Assembly (NCBI GenBank): GCA_030390025.1
Contig: CM059431.1
Span: forward strand, 150,786,001-150,850,000
Reading direction: 5' to 3'
Source: Squalus acanthias
Taxonomy: Eukaryota
Length of the DNA: 64,000 bases
The notes under the pieces were generated by a model. The model was not told the DNA's origin. It worked only from the letters and a program-made list of their open reading frames with translations, and searched no databases. Positions 22,585 through 36,289 of this stretch are shown piece by piece. Numbering within the stretch: the stretch's first letter is position 1; every line of letters begins with the position of its first letter. The position numbers and the translations under genes are program-made.

Positions 22585-25372
22585 AGATCATAGAATCACA
22601 GAATCATGGAATGGTTACAGCACAGAAGGAGGCAATTCGGCCCGTCGAGCCCGTGCTGGATCTCTGCAAGAGCACTTCAGCTAGTCCCACTCCCCCGACC
22701 TTTCCCTGCAGCCCTATTTTTTTTATCCTTCAGGTACTTATCAACTTCCCTTTTGAATGCCACGATTAAGTCTGCCTCCACCACCCTGTCAGGCAATGCA
22801 TTCCAGATCATTAACTGCGGAAAAAAAAGTTTTTCCTCCTGTCGCCTTTGGTTCATTTGCCAATCACCTTAAATCTGTGTCCTCTGGTTCTGGATCCTTC
22901 CGCCAATGGGAATAATTTCTCTCTATCTGCTCTGTCTATACCCGTCATGATTTTGAACAATTCTATCAAGTCTCCTCTCAACATTCTCTGCTCTAACGAG
23001 AACAACCCCTGCTTCTCCAGTCTGCCCAAGTAACTGAAGTCCCTCATCCCTGGAACCATTCTTGTAAATCTCTTCTGCACACTGTCTCAAGCCTTCACAT
23101 CCTTCCTAAATTGTGGCGCCCAGAGTTGGACACAATACTCCAGTTGAGGCCGAATCAGTGTTTTATAAGGGTTCATCATAACATGTAATTCCCCTATTCA
23201 AGAAAGGAGGGAAACAGAAAGCAACAAACTATAGGCCGCTTAACCTAACATCTGTCATTGGAAAAATGCTGGAATCCATTAATAAGGGAGTAGTAGCAGG
23301 GCGTTTAGAAAATCATAATACAATCAAGCAGAGTCAACATTGTTTTATGAAAGGCAGATCGTGTTTGATAACTTTATTAATTTCTTTGAGGATGTAACGA
23401 GCAGGGTGGGTCAAAGGAAAGCAGTAGATGTAGTGTATTTGAATTTCCAAAAGGTATGGATAAGGTGGCATATAAAAGTTTACTGCACAAGATAAGAGCT
23501 CACGGTGTTGGGGAAATATATTAGCATGGATAGAGGATTGGCTAACTAACAGATAACAGAGAGTTGGGTAATTGAGTCATTTTCAGGTTGGCAAACTGTA
23601 ACTAGTGGGGTGTCACAGAGATTAGTGCTGAGGCCTCAACTATTTATAATCTATATTAATGACTTGGATGAACGGACCGAGTGTACTGTAGCCAAATTTG
23701 CTAATGATACAAAGATAGATGGGAAAGCAAGTTGTGAGGAGGACACAAACAGTCTGCAAAGCGATATAGATAGTTTAAGTGAGTGGGCAACAATTTGGCA
23801 GATGGAGTAAAATGTGGGAAAATGTGAGGTTAACCACTTTGGTAGGAAGAATGGAAAATCAAAATATTATTTAAATGGAGCGAGACTTCATAATGCTGCA
23901 GTACAGAACATAAAAACATTAGAACATAAGAAATAAGAGCAGGACTAGGCCATACAGCCCCTCGAGCCTGCTCCACCATTCAATAATATCATGACTGATC
24001 ATCGACCTCAACTCCACTTTCCCGCCCGATCTCCATATCGCTTGATCCCCTAGAGTCCAAAAATGTATCTATCTCAGCCTTGAATATTCTCAAAGATTCA
24101 GCATTCACAGCCCTCTGGGACAAATAATTCCAAAGATTCACAACCCTCTGAGTAAAGAAATTCCTCCTCATCTCGTTCTTAAATGGCCTACCCGTTGTCC
24201 TGAGACTATGCGCTCTAGCACTAGACAATCCTAACAGGGGAAACAACCTCTCAGCATCTACCCTGTCAATCCCCTTCAGAATCTTGTATTTTTCAATGAG
24301 ATCACCTCTAATCCTTCTACTCCAGAGAGTATAGGCCCATTCTGGACAATTTCTCATCATAGGACAGCCCTCTCATCCCAGGAATCAATCTAGTGACCCT
24401 TCGTTGCACCGCCTCCAAGGCAAGTATACGTCAACGATCTTGCTGTCCTCGTACATGAAACACAAAAGGATACCCTGCAGGTACAGCAAACAATTAAGAA
24501 GGCAAATGGAATTTAGGCCTTTATTGCTAGGGGGAATGAGTATAAAATTCAGGAAGTCTAGCTACAACTGTGCAGGGCGTTGGTGAGGCAAAACCTGGAG
24601 TACTGCCTATAGTTTTGGATACCTTATTTATGGAGGGATTTACTTCCATTGGAGGCTGTTCAGAGAAGATTCACTAGGCTGCTTCCGGAAATGAAAGGTT
24701 TGTCTTATGAGGAAAGGTTGAGCAGATGGGCCTATACTCATTAGTATATAGAAGAATGAGAGGGGATCTTATTGAAACATGTAAGATGCTGAGGGGTCTG
24801 GACAGGGTAGATGCTGAGAGGATTTTCCCCCTTGTGGTGGAATCTAGAACTAGGGGGCATAGTTTCAGGATAAGGGGTCGCCCATTTAAGATGGAGATAA
24901 GGAGGAATTTCTTCTCTCAGGGGTCGTGAATCTTTGGAATTCTCTACCCCAAAGAGCTGTGGAGGCTGAGTCAGTGTTTATATTCAAAGTGAAGATAGAT
25001 GGATATTTGAGCTACAGGCGAGTCAAGAGTTATGGGGAAAAGGCAGGAAAGTGGAATTGTGGAAAAAGATCAGATTAGCCATTATCTTATTGAATGGTGG
25101 AGTAGACTCGAAGGCTCGAATGGTCTATTCCTGCTCCTATTTCTTATGTTCTTATGTTCTTATGATCCTTGCTTTTGTACTCTGTGCCTCTATTTATGAA
25201 GCCCAGGATTCTGTATGATTTTTTTTAACCCCTTTCTCAACCGGCCCTGTCACCTTCAACAATTTGTGTACATAGACCCCCAGGTCAATCTATTCATGCA
25301 CCCGCCTTTAGGATTGTACCCGTTAGTTTATATTGCCTCTCCTCGTTCTTTGTACCAAAATGGATCACCAAG
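22585..25372. mobile_element. Nested CR1 fragments: minus 22585-23183 and 25166-25372 > plus 23184-23905 and 24433-25165 > minus 23906-24432
   Basis: CR1 motifs in ORFs 22853-23080, 23610-23810, 23989-24360 and 24726-24929; host sequences resume across each insert. Confidence 0.82.
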
Positions 25373-25807
25373 ATATATTGATCGGTGGTCTGATGCCGTT
25401 CCTGTTAGTAAACGGGCAGTCTCTTGTTCAGCATATGTTGCAGCGCACATTCGACAGGCCGAATGGCCTCCTTCTGTGCTGTACTATTGTACGATTCTAT
25501 GATCTGGTTATTATCAAATTGCTGCTAGTGTTTGCTGTGTGCAAATTGGCTGCCGCGTTCCCCCTGATTACAACAGTGACTACACTTCCTTGGCTGTACC
25601 GCACCAGTCGGCCAGATGTGGTGCAAGGCGCTACGTAAATGCAAGTTTTTCTTGCTCTTTCGCGTTATTTTTTCGGCTTTCATTGTCTCTTTCAATCAGC
25701 ATCGCTGCTCATTCAAGTAAGCAAAGTATTTTTTAGGGGGAATGGGAAATTTTCTTTCCCGAGAGCCCAGTTTCAGCACTAGATATTTTAAGCGAGATAT
25801 ATTACAT

Positions 25808-26422
25808 GACAAATGAAAACAGAAAATGCTGGAAACACTCAGCAGGCGAGGCAGCATCTGTGGAGAGAGAAACAAAGTTAACGTTACACGTCAATGAACT
25901 TTCATTAGAGTTAGATGTTTAATAATTTCTAAGCATGTACAGAGCCTGGGAAAACATGGGTGGGGGCTGCGGGAAGAAAGCACAAACGGGAAGATCTGTG
26001 TTAGGATGGAAGGCAGATGAGATTAAATCACAAAAGGGATGGTGATGCAATGAAAAAGGAGGTGGTGATGAGACATTAAAGAAACACAACATGGGTCCAG
26101 AGGAGCTGTAAATGGCAACAACAGAAACATCACCAGCATCAACTCTCCGAGTAAATGGCAGCAGTGGTTATGATCTGAAGTTGTTGATCTCAGTGTTGAG
26201 GCCGGAAGATTAACACTGCTGGATCGAAAGGATGAGGTGAAAGGGCAGGTGTTGCATTTCCTCCGCTAGCTAGGAAGGAGCCAGGGAAGGAGAGCGGATA
26301 TTGGGGCTGATGGAACGTTAACTCTGATTCTCTCTCCACAGATGCTTCAAGACCTGCTGAGTGTTTCCAGCATTTTCTGCTTTTCTTTCTGATTTCCAGC
26401 TCCCGCAGTACTTCGCTTTTCT
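25808..26422. mobile_element. Degenerate Penelope-like element with inverted pseudo-LTRs
   Basis: AGAAAATGCTGGAAACACTCAGCAGG...GTTAACGTT (about 25815-25885) is inverted at about 26314-26385; same pLTR as at 15146. Confidence 0.7.
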
Positions 26423-26439
26423 ATTATGGCTGAGTCAGT

Positions 26440-28148
26440 GACAGCTGTGGCAAAGTTGGCAGCACCCGTTCAGGAAGATGTGCGTTTAAATCCCACTCCA
26501 GAGACTGTAGGGGGTGGGATTGGGGTCAGCCTTCACCTCGAACTCAGTGAGCGGTTCCAATCGCTCCCACGCCCCTGGTTCCTGGACTTTGGACTTACTT
26601 AGGGGTTGTGAACACAGATGCAGAAGACAACAGGTTCTGATGAAATAATGTTGACTTTATTAAAAGAAAAAGGTAACAAACTTAAAACACACTTAATACT
26701 TAAACACAGGTTGGGGAAACACACGGTACTGGCGAGGGTGATTGACATTATACAAAAAACCTTATCCCTCCTAAAAATCCCACTATCTAGCTAGGTTTTG
26801 GTTTCAGGAGATCAGGAATAATGCTCACCAAACGAATACTTGACAGTTGAGAGTTAGGGTTTAGAGTCTTTTGAGTAAAAGGTTTCGTAAGGCCCTTGTT
26901 GCCGCGAGGTGTCCGATGGTCACTGAGGCAGTCGCTCTGGTTCCTTCTTGTGTGTTGGTCTGTTTGTGATGTTGTTGGCCTTCTTTCCTCCTCCTCCTCC
27001 TGGCTTGTGGTGTCTTTGCTGGAGCAGAGCAGAGAGAGAGAGAGAGCTGTGCGAGCGTTGAGAGCGTTGTCAGCGAGTCCAGAGAGAGAGAGTCCTGGGA
27101 CATTATGCCCCAATTATACTGTCCTTTTCGCGCCCAAAACCCCTTACTAAAACGGTTCCCTTTAGATTTCAAATGAGCCCTGTGTATATTCCATTGTCTT
27201 AGTTTTGGCGGGCTTGTCACTTTCGATGGCTTTAACTTGGTGTTAAACATGTCCTGCTAGCTTCCGATTTAGGCAAGGCCTTTATCTACGCGCCAAACCT
27301 TGTCCCTATTGTCCTAGGTTTTTGGCGGGCTGTCCTGTGGATACCTGGTTGATTGGTTTTTGATGAAATAAATCGGGTTACTAAATGTTTTATTGATTTC
27401 AGGCTTCTGTTATCCTGTGTGGGCCTGGGAATTTCAAAAGAGGTCTTGGATTATTCATATTTCGATGTGTGTGTGAGGCTTTTGGGTTTGTCTCTTCCTC
27501 CTTGGCAGGAAGGCAGTGTAACACATTCCCAGACAGCTTGACTGAGCCCCAATACCCAAAGCTGTCCACTGCCTGGCCACGCCCCTCTGCAGACTGTTGG
27601 TGTCTGCGAAAGGTGTCTTTCCCAACAGTAAGAATCAGAAAGTAATTTTCCTCAGGGTTTTTCTTCCCTGATCTTTAAAAGTGTCCAAAACTGAGGGTTT
27701 TACCTCAAATCACTTCACTTAGGGTTCTGTTCCAGTTTCTGGGGGATTTTGCGAAGCCTACAAGACTTCAGCACAAACATCTAGGCTGACACTCCAGTGC
27801 AGTACTGAGGGGACGCTGCCCTGTCAGAGGTGCCGACTTACAGATGAGACCTTAAACCGAGGCCCCTTCTGCTGTCTCAGGTGGACGTAAAAGATCCGAT
27901 GGCCACTATTTCGAAGAAGAGCAGGGGAGTTCTCCCCGCTGTCAGGCCAATATTTAACCCTCAATCAACATCATTTAAGCATATTATCTGGTCATTATCA
28001 CATTGCTGTATGTGGGAGCTTGCTGTGCACTCATTGGCGGCCACATTACAAAAGTGACTACCCTTCAAAAAAAGCACTTCATTCACTGTAAAGCGCTTTG
28101 GAATGTCAGCTGGTCGTGGAAGGCGCTATATCAATGCAAGTCTGTCTT
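26440..28148 (+). mobile_element. Deu-domain SINE split by a solo LTR (26440-26505 and 27763-28148)
   Basis: TCCCACTCCAGAGAC | TTCAGCAC...CTAGGCTGACACTCCAGTGCAG rejoins when the insert is removed; compare 7050-7100. Confidence 0.8.
26506..27762 (-). mobile_element. Solo LTR (1257 bp), ERV- or Gypsy-type
   Basis: Termini TGTAGG...CCTACA; 4-bp TSD AGAC (26502-26505 and 27763-27766); minus-strand TATAAT at 27113-27118 and AATAAA at 26656-26661. Confidence 0.85.
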
Positions 28149-28854
28149 TACTGTCACCTGTAATCTGCTGCCATCATGTGGTTCCCGGCACTGCTGCCGT
28201 TCTGCCAAATCTGAAGTATTCTGTTCCAGGACAGTCACTGTGTATTCCCACATTATTGCAACCGATGCTAGGGCAGAACATACTGTTAACACAGTAACAT
28301 AGGAAGGTAGAACAACTTTGTATGGCATTCATCTGTGAAGTTTTATTCAATAAATATAGCGATATCTGGACTGGCAGCAGCAAGAAAACATCAACGTGTA
28401 ATCATACAAGCTTTAGGATTGCAATACAACCTCGACTGGTTCACTAATTTCCTGCATGAAGTGGAAGCGGAGTTGTATGGATTTGGCCAGCAATTATACA
28501 TTTTCATGATTAGCATTGGGGGAACCGGGTAGTCATGGATTGGGCACCCGTTTGCCGCACCCCCATTTTTATTTACAATGCCTTTACACACCAAGAACAA
28601 AACAGTTAGTGAGGAAGTTAGAGCTGCAAAAGATACAAATAACAGTGAAGCTAATTTATATGAGAACTGAATATTTTCTAAAAGCATTCGCTGGTGAGGG
28701 GGATGCTGTATGAGATGTCGTTCATTCCAGTTGCTAGAGGGTTTAGAATTCAGTGCAGAGGCAGTTCTCTATAACTTCAAGGGGAAAGTCCCGAGCATCA
28801 ACAAATCCGGTGAGCTGGATCAACGCTCATACAGACCGTTCAGAGACATGGTAG

Positions 28855-29884
28855 TGTAACATTTGCAATATTTACAAGATCCGAAATGTATATCTAAATT
28901 GTCCGTGACTATAACAGACAACTCCTGGGACAGGGATAGTGTGTATAAGTAAAACAGATTTATTAAGCACTTTACATCCAGTACAAGCAAGTAATACTGA
29001 ACAAGATGGTAGTAGCAATCCGTTCCTTGGAACCCCAGTGTGCCAACCGGGTGACTGCGGCGCCATCTCTTTTCTCAGTCTTGCTGTGTTCTGTTGAGTG
29101 ACGTTTTCACTTCTTCTGGTTTCGTGCTGCCTCCACTGTTTAATAGCTGTTCATTTATACCTTTTTGCCCTTCAAAATACATGGCAACTTGCAGCTGCTT
29201 GGCTATCTCACCATCCTGAGCTTCAATTGTACGGTCTATGATTTCCTCACTTTTCCCTGAATGAGCTCTTCTATGAGAACTTTTACACAAGCAAAGTTCC
29301 CACGAATTACGACAGATGTCTTTTGCCTTTCGCATAGCCCATTATCTAGACTGGTCTGAAACTTCAGCGATAAGGGATGTTAGGTATTGAAAACCCTCTA
29401 TCTTATTTTGAGACTTAATTAATATTTTGTCCTTCACTGGCTTCTTGTTTTTAACATAACAGAGCTTCTATCTACTTTAGCACTATTCTCGCAGTTAACA
29501 CAATGTTGGCTTAATTTTACCATCATGCTTTGCTTCTCAGCCTTGTGTCTTTTTAACTATGTTATACATATTGTAACAGAGGTTTTATGCTTCTAACATA
29601 CCTTATTATATATCATATTATTCTTTTAAAAAGCATTACATTTAAAACATTATCAAAGGGCTCTGGAGGCTCAGTCATTGGGTATATTCAAAACAGAAGT
29701 CGATAGATTTCTGACTAGTAAGGGCATCAAGGGATATGGTGATAGGGCCGGTGAATGGAGTTGAGGCTGAAGATCAGCCAAGATCTCATTGAATGGCGGA
29801 GCAGGCTCGAAGGGCCGAATGGCCTACTCCTGTTCCTATTTTTTATGTTCTTATGTAAATCCTACATATAAGCTCTATTCTACA
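28855..29884 (-). mobile_element. Possible older solo LTR containing a CR1 3' end (29657-29855, plus strand)
   Basis: TGTA...TACA termini; flanks GTAG/ATAG (1 mismatch); minus-strand TATAAA at 29154-29159 and AATAAA at 28959-28964. Confidence 0.35.
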
Positions 29885-30244
29885 ATAGAGTAGCGGCTAC
29901 CATTACAGCAACATAATATAATGGACTTGCCTGAAACAGCAAGGCCGGTCCCACACAAACACAAACTGTACTTGTATTTAAAGCAAGTGATAAAATAACC
30001 TCATCGCTCAGGTCCATTTGTCCATTATCGATGACATATAAAATAATGGAAACTAGCTCATGGTACAAGATAGAGAATCGTCTTTGTAACAAGAATGCAA
30101 TGCGAAACTCTCAGGGACAGCTCCTCCTTCTAAGATCCTCTCTATAGGCCTTCATATAAAACCAGGAAGTGTGGAAATTATGTAGGCGTTAAAGTTATGT
30201 CGGGCACATGGATTAAGCTCTTGTTTTACAGAATATTTTGTACA

Positions 30245-30682
30245 GTGGCTTAGAAAGTCCAGGAGTGGTAACATTCTCGTCTCTGAGTCAATAGGTTGTG
30301 GCTTCAGGTCCCTCGTCAGAGACTTGAGCACGAATTATCGTCTGACACTCCAGTGCAGTAATGAGGGAGGGCTGCACTGTCTTTTGGACGTGAAGTTGGA
30401 CCGAGGCCCCGTCTGCTCTCTCAGGTGGGTGTAAAATATCCCCATGGCACTGTTTCGAAAAAGAGCTGGGAAGGTCGTCCCGGTGTCCTGCCCAACATTT
30501 ATCCCTCAACATCATCATTAAAACAAATGATCTGGTTATTATCTCACTGCTGCTCGTCAGAGCTTGCTGTGTGCAAAATTACCTGCACATTTTCTAAACT
30601 TACAACAGTGACTACAGTTCGAAGTAGGAGTTGTGTGGAACGTCCTGAAGTCATGCATAACGCTGTCTAAACGCAAGTTCTT
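30245..30682 (+). mobile_element. Deu-domain SINE, degenerate
   Basis: GACACTCCAGTGCAG...ACCGAGGCCCCGTCTG...CCCATGGCACT. Confidence 0.7.
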
Positions 30683-30727
30683 AATTTCTATATTTATTTC
30701 ATATAAGCATATGTGATCTTGGGATTC

Positions 30728-31335
30728 ACAATAGAGGTATCGAGTACAAAAGTAAAGAAGTTATGCTGAAACTTTGTAAAGAGCTGGTTAGGCCACAACT
30801 TGAGTATTGCGTCCAGTTCTGGTCACCACACTTCAGGAAGGATGCGAGGGCCCTTGAGAGGGTGCAGAGGGGATGTACATGAATTAGATACAAGGACAGG
30901 TTGGAGAAGATGGATCTGTTTTAATTAGAGCAAATTAGGTTGAGGGGTGATTTCTTAGAGGTGTGCACGATTACGACGGGTTTGGATAGGCTAGACGGGA
31001 AACGGCTGTTCCCACTAGTTGATGGTACAGGGACTAGGGGACACCGATTTAAGGTTTTGGGCAAGAGATACAGGGGGGGGGGGCGTGAGGAAAAACTTTT
31101 TTACACAGTGAGTGGTGATGACCTGGAATTCGCTGCCGATGGAAGTGTTGGAAGCGGAGACACTCAATGTTTTCAAGGGGAGACAGGACAGGCACTTGAG
31201 GGAAATAAACTTGCAGGGCTACGGGGATAGAGCGGAGGAATGGGTCTGACTGGATTGCTCTACAGAGCGCCGGCACGGACTCGATGGGCCGAATGGTCTC
31301 CTTCTGTGCCATTATGACTCTATGACTCTATGACA
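30728..31335 (+). mobile_element. CR1 LINE 3' fragment
   Basis: GTRGHRFKV; (ATGACTCT)n tail. Confidence 0.88.
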
Positions 31336-31394
31336 AGGGGGGAAAGTGTACTTCGTACAAAATAGTTTACAGATATTTAAAAAATGAGAAATAT

Positions 31395-31983
31395 GGGGCC
31401 GAATTTTAAAACCCCTATGGTTGCATGTGTACGCAACCATAGGGGGCGAGCAAGTGCCGGGTTTAGGCACGCGCTGCGCATGCGCTAAAATCCGGCACTT
31501 GCGATCTGTCAAGAATCCTCTTGACAGATCCTTCGCATCCCCGGGATATGGGAATCCGCGGGTGGAGATTTGCGCTTTTTGCACAACTACCACCTGCTGA
31601 AAGCTTGTCAAATTCTTACGCCTTGTAAAAGCAGGTGTAAGGCCTGCTTTTACCAGCATAAGAGTTTTACAAAATAGAAAAATAAAATTTAATCACTAAT
31701 TTATTAGTTAAAATTACTCTTAAAAAAGGTAAGTTTATTTTTAGCCCCGATAAAACATTTAGTTATTTTTTTCAGAAAAATTAAATTTTTGTTTAATGTT
31801 ATTTTAATGAATTTTAAATATGTAATTTCAAAAAAAAATATTTAATGTTTTAGTGTGTTTTTAAATGTGATCCCCATTCATACATTTGACAGTTCTTTGC
31901 CGATGGAACTGTTAAAAGTATGAAGTAGATTCCCTTCTTTCATTAGTTTGCTTGGCCACGTGATCCCAGGGGCGCTTGCAAGG
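31395..31983 (+). mobile_element. Hairpin-rich MITE-like family, copy 2 (truncated by CR1)
   Basis: GGGGCCGAATTTT terminus followed by tandem hairpins; homologous to 38784 onward. Confidence 0.6.
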
Positions 31984-31984
31984 A

Positions 31985-34425
31985 ACATAAAAGAGGATTG
32001 TCAAAGCTTCTTCAAGTACGTAAAAAGAAAAAGATTAGTGAAGACAAATGTAGGTCAATTGCAGTCAGAAACGGGAGAATTTATATTGGGAAACAAGGAA
32101 ATGGATATGCAATGAAACAAATACTTTGGTTCTGTCTTCACGGAAGAGGACACAAATAACTTCCCACAAATGTTAGGGAACTAAGGGTCTAGGGAGAAGG
32201 AAGAATTAAAGGAAAATAGTATTAGTAAAGAAACAGTGCTGGAGAAATTAATGGAACTGAAAGCCGATAAACCCCCAGGGCCTGATAATCTGCATCCCAG
32301 GGTACTAAAAGAGGTAGCCGTGGATGCATTGGTTGTCATCTTCCAAAATTCTACAGCTTATGGAACAGTTCTTGCAGATTGGAGGGTGGCAAATGTAACC
32401 CCACTATTTAAAAAAGGAGGGAGGGAGAATACAGGGAACTACAGACCGGTTAGCCTAACATCAGTAGTAGGGAAAATGCTAAAGTCTATTATAAATGATG
32501 TGATAACAGGACACTTAGAAAATATAAACGGGATTAGACAAAGTCAACATGATTTTATGAAAGGGAAATCGTTTTTGACAATCTACTGGAGTTTTTTGAG
32601 GATGTAACTGGTAGAATAGATAAGGGAGAACCAGTGGATGTGGTGTATTTGGATTTTCAGATGGCCTTTGATAAAGTCCCACACAAGAGGTTAGTGTGCA
32701 ATATTAAAGTACATGACATTGAGGGTAATATATTGGCATGGATTGAAAATTGGTTAACAGACAGAAAACAGAGAGTAGGAATAAATGCGTCATTTTCGGG
32801 GTGGCAGGCGGTACGGTGGTGCACCGCAGGGATCAGTGCTTGGGCCCCAGTTATTCACAATATATATCAATGATTTTGATGAGGGAACCAAATGTAATAT
32901 TTCCAAGTTTGCTGACGACACGAAACTAGGTGGGATTGTGAGTTGTGAGGAGGCTGCAAAGAGTCTTCAAGCCGCTTTAGACAAGTTGAGTGAATGGGCA
33001 AATACATGGCAGATGCAGTATAACGTGGATAAATGTGGAAAAACAGAAAGGTAGAGTATTATTTAAATGGTGATAGATTGGGAAATGTTGATGTACAAAG
33101 GGACCTGGGTGTCCTTGTACACCAGTCACTGAAAGCAAACATGCAGCCGCAGTAAGCAGTTAGGAAGGCAAATGGTATGTTGGCCTTCATTGCAAGAGGA
33201 TTTGAGTACAGGAGCAAGGATATCTTACAACAGTTTTACAGGGCCTTGGTGAGACCACACTGGAGTACTGTGTGCAGTATTGGACTCCTTACCTAAGAAA
33301 GGATGTACTTGCCAAAGAGGGAGTGCAGCGAATGCTCACCAGCCTGGTTCCTGGTATTTCAGGACTGTCGTATGAGGAGAGATTGGGTCGACTAGGCCTG
33401 TATTCACTAGAGTTCAGAAGAACGAGAGGTTATCTCATTGAAACGTATAAAATTCTGACAGGGCTAGACAGACTGAATGCAGGGTGGTTGTTTCCCCTGG
33501 CTGGAGGGACTAGAACGAGGGGTCACAGTCTCAGGATACGCGGTAGGACATTTAGGACTGAGATGAGGAGAAATTTCTTCTCTCAGAGGGTGATGAACCT
33601 GTGGAATTCACTACCACAGAAGGCTGTGGAGGCCAAGTCACTGAATATATTGACGAAGGAGATAGATAGTTGTCTAGACACAAAAGGATTCAAGGGGTAT
33701 GGGGAGAGAGCGGGAATATGGTATTGAGATGGAAGATCAGTCATGATCATTTTAAATGGCGAAGCAGGTTTGAAGGGCCGAATGGTCTACTCCTCCTATT
33801 TTTCTATGTTTCTGTTTCTACAAAAGCAGGGAGGTTATGCTTGAACTGTATCAAACACTAGTTAGGCCACAGCTAAAGTACTGCGTGCAGTTCTGGTCAC
33901 CACATTACAGGAAATATTTGATTGCACTACAGAGGGTAGAGAGGTGATTTACGAGGATGTTGCCTGGACTGGTGAACTTTAGCTACGAGGAAAGATTGGA
34001 TCGGCTGGGTTTGTTTGATTTGGAACAGAGGAGGCTGAGGGGAGACCTTATTGAGGTGTATAAAATTATGAGGGGCCTAGATAGAATGGATAGACAGGAC
34101 CTATTTCCTTGAGCAGAGGGGTCAAAAACCAGGGGGCATAGATTTAAAGTAATTGGTAGGAGGTTCAGAGGAGATTTGAGGGGAAATTTCTTCATCCAGA
34201 GGATGGTGGGGGTCTGGAACTCACTGCTTGAAATGGTGGTAGAGGCAGAAACCCTCACTACATTTAAAAAGTGCTTGGATGTACACTTGATGCGCCTTAA
34301 CCTACAGTGCTGCGGACCAAGTGCTGGAAAGTGAAATAAGGCTGGGTAGCGCTTTGTCTGCGGCGTGGTCACGATGGGCCGAAATGTTCTCCTGCAGTGC
34401 TGTAAATTTCTATGATTCTATGATT
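31985..34425 (+). mobile_element. Two adjacent CR1 fragments (31985-33820 RT plus 3' end; 33821-34425 3' end)
   Basis: PGPD, NYRPVSLTS, YLDF, PQGSVLGP, FADD; two 3' tails. Confidence 0.92.
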
Positions 34426-36289
34426 GTATAATATTCTGGCCAGCTTTGCACACTACGACCCATAGTCTTCTATGCTTTGATCAAACCGGGCAGCAGAAGT
34501 GCCACTGCGTAGCAATGTTAAGGCAACGCCTTCATTCATTAGCTGTTGATGTTTTAGGGCACTAGGACCCTGGGTATATGTGTGCTCCAATTACAGGGGA
34601 CACTGCGACAGTATAGCCAGAACTGGGGCGGAGCAGGAGGTATCTGCTCGGTTGCGTTCTGATTGAGCCAGCATTGATTAGCGGTCATAACTCGGGAGGG
34701 CAATGTTGGTAAGAGTATTGCAGAGCTGCACAAAAACCACGGCTGAATATGGGTCAGGCGGTAAGTTTACTGAGCTTTGCGCCTCAGCACCGTTGTTTTT
34801 TAAACTTTAAAAGATCATTGTGATAACATGAGATCAGTAGGAAGCCGATACTTATAATCATGACTACTGGGTAGATGAAACAACTGAGGAAACATTGTAA
34901 CATGGGTTGTCTTTTGGGAACTGTGCATTATCAAAGTAAAGTGCGTCTCGCTCAAGCATTGCAGCATCACTGTGTTCAGCTCCAGACATGTAAAACTGGC
35001 ATCGCTGCTGTTGGAAAATAGAAGGAATGTGAGTTCATCAAATCTGAGCTCCCTTATGTGTTATGACTCGATGCATTTCCTCCATCGCCGGCATGCAGGT
35101 TTCGAACGACCTATTGACGACCTCAGCTGCATAGATCAAGTGATAGTTGTCGAATCAGTGCACAGGACTAATGATCATTAAAAAGCCGGGCACCCTTCCG
35201 GGCGCTATCCAGACCTAGTCAGTGCTGTGATATTTCTATCAGTAGTAAGCGGATGAAGTCACTCAGGTACAGAAGGTAAATCTGACATCGAGGAACCTAA
35301 GGAGCAGTAATGCGATAGAGTGACAATCTATTGGCGAAAACGCTCTTCAGTGTTATTATTAGACCACAGTAGGGAGCGGTAGTGACTTCGCAATTTAGAA
35401 ATGCTGAAGGTTCTGTGATATCGCCGCTATTGCTTTGGGACATGAGTTCGAGCTTGTACCTCGATCCCGCAATATCACATAACCAAGTATAACTGGAAAT
35501 TAATGCGACATTATTTGGTCGCACTAGCAGTGAGCGGATGCAATGACTGTGTTCGATCGCTGTGTTTGGCGACGTTTCGAACTCGACTGCTAAATTCCTT
35601 TACGATCTTGCAACTATAATCTGCCTTCAGATTCCGCGTTGCAATCACATTGAGGAATTGAATTCTTTATGCAGCAATACAACTGAGCTGGCAGCTTTGT
35701 AAAACATTTGCCGTCGTGGCCTTTATTCAAGGAGATGAGAGTGTAGCAGGTTCCCCATGTGCTGGTCCCGCTGGGAAGGTGGTGGGTCCCGGGTAGGATT
35801 GGTCTCGGCTGTGGCACTTCACCATCAGGGTTCATGTAGAAGTATTGCGCACTGGGCAGTACGTCAGAGCTTTGAAAGATGTCCGTGAGGGTCTCTTTCT
35901 CCTGCCTTTCTGGTACGCTTGCTCGAAGGACATTCAGCGAGCGTCAATTACAGTTCTGACACCAGGCGAGTTTTCCTGAATTCCAATTGCATCTAACTCC
36001 CTAAAGGACGATCATGTTCTGTGAGAGAATTTGTTTTCTGTTTGTTTTGGTACATTTATGTCGCTTCGAGCCTGCCGATTCCTACCATAAACTTGAAGCA
36101 GAATATTGTACTGCAGTGTGTGTATGTCTGGCACACGATGCGTCCTGTGCGCACTTAGCGTTTTTCTGAAGCACTGAGTGCAGGTTTATGTGTCGACCCG
36201 CAGAACGTTACCCAGTCATGTCTTTGCAGGACACTTTGAAGTGAGGGTGACTTTCCAGTGCCGAGTGACTTTAGAATTACAGGTAGATT

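Noticed and set aside
25870..25912. Hammerhead core in the inverted pLTR
   Set aside because: Both conserved boxes are mutated (CTAATGA, GTAA).
28140..28850. Overlapping 65-98 aa ORFs in non-repeat-looking DNA
   Set aside because: No recognisable domain or exon structure.
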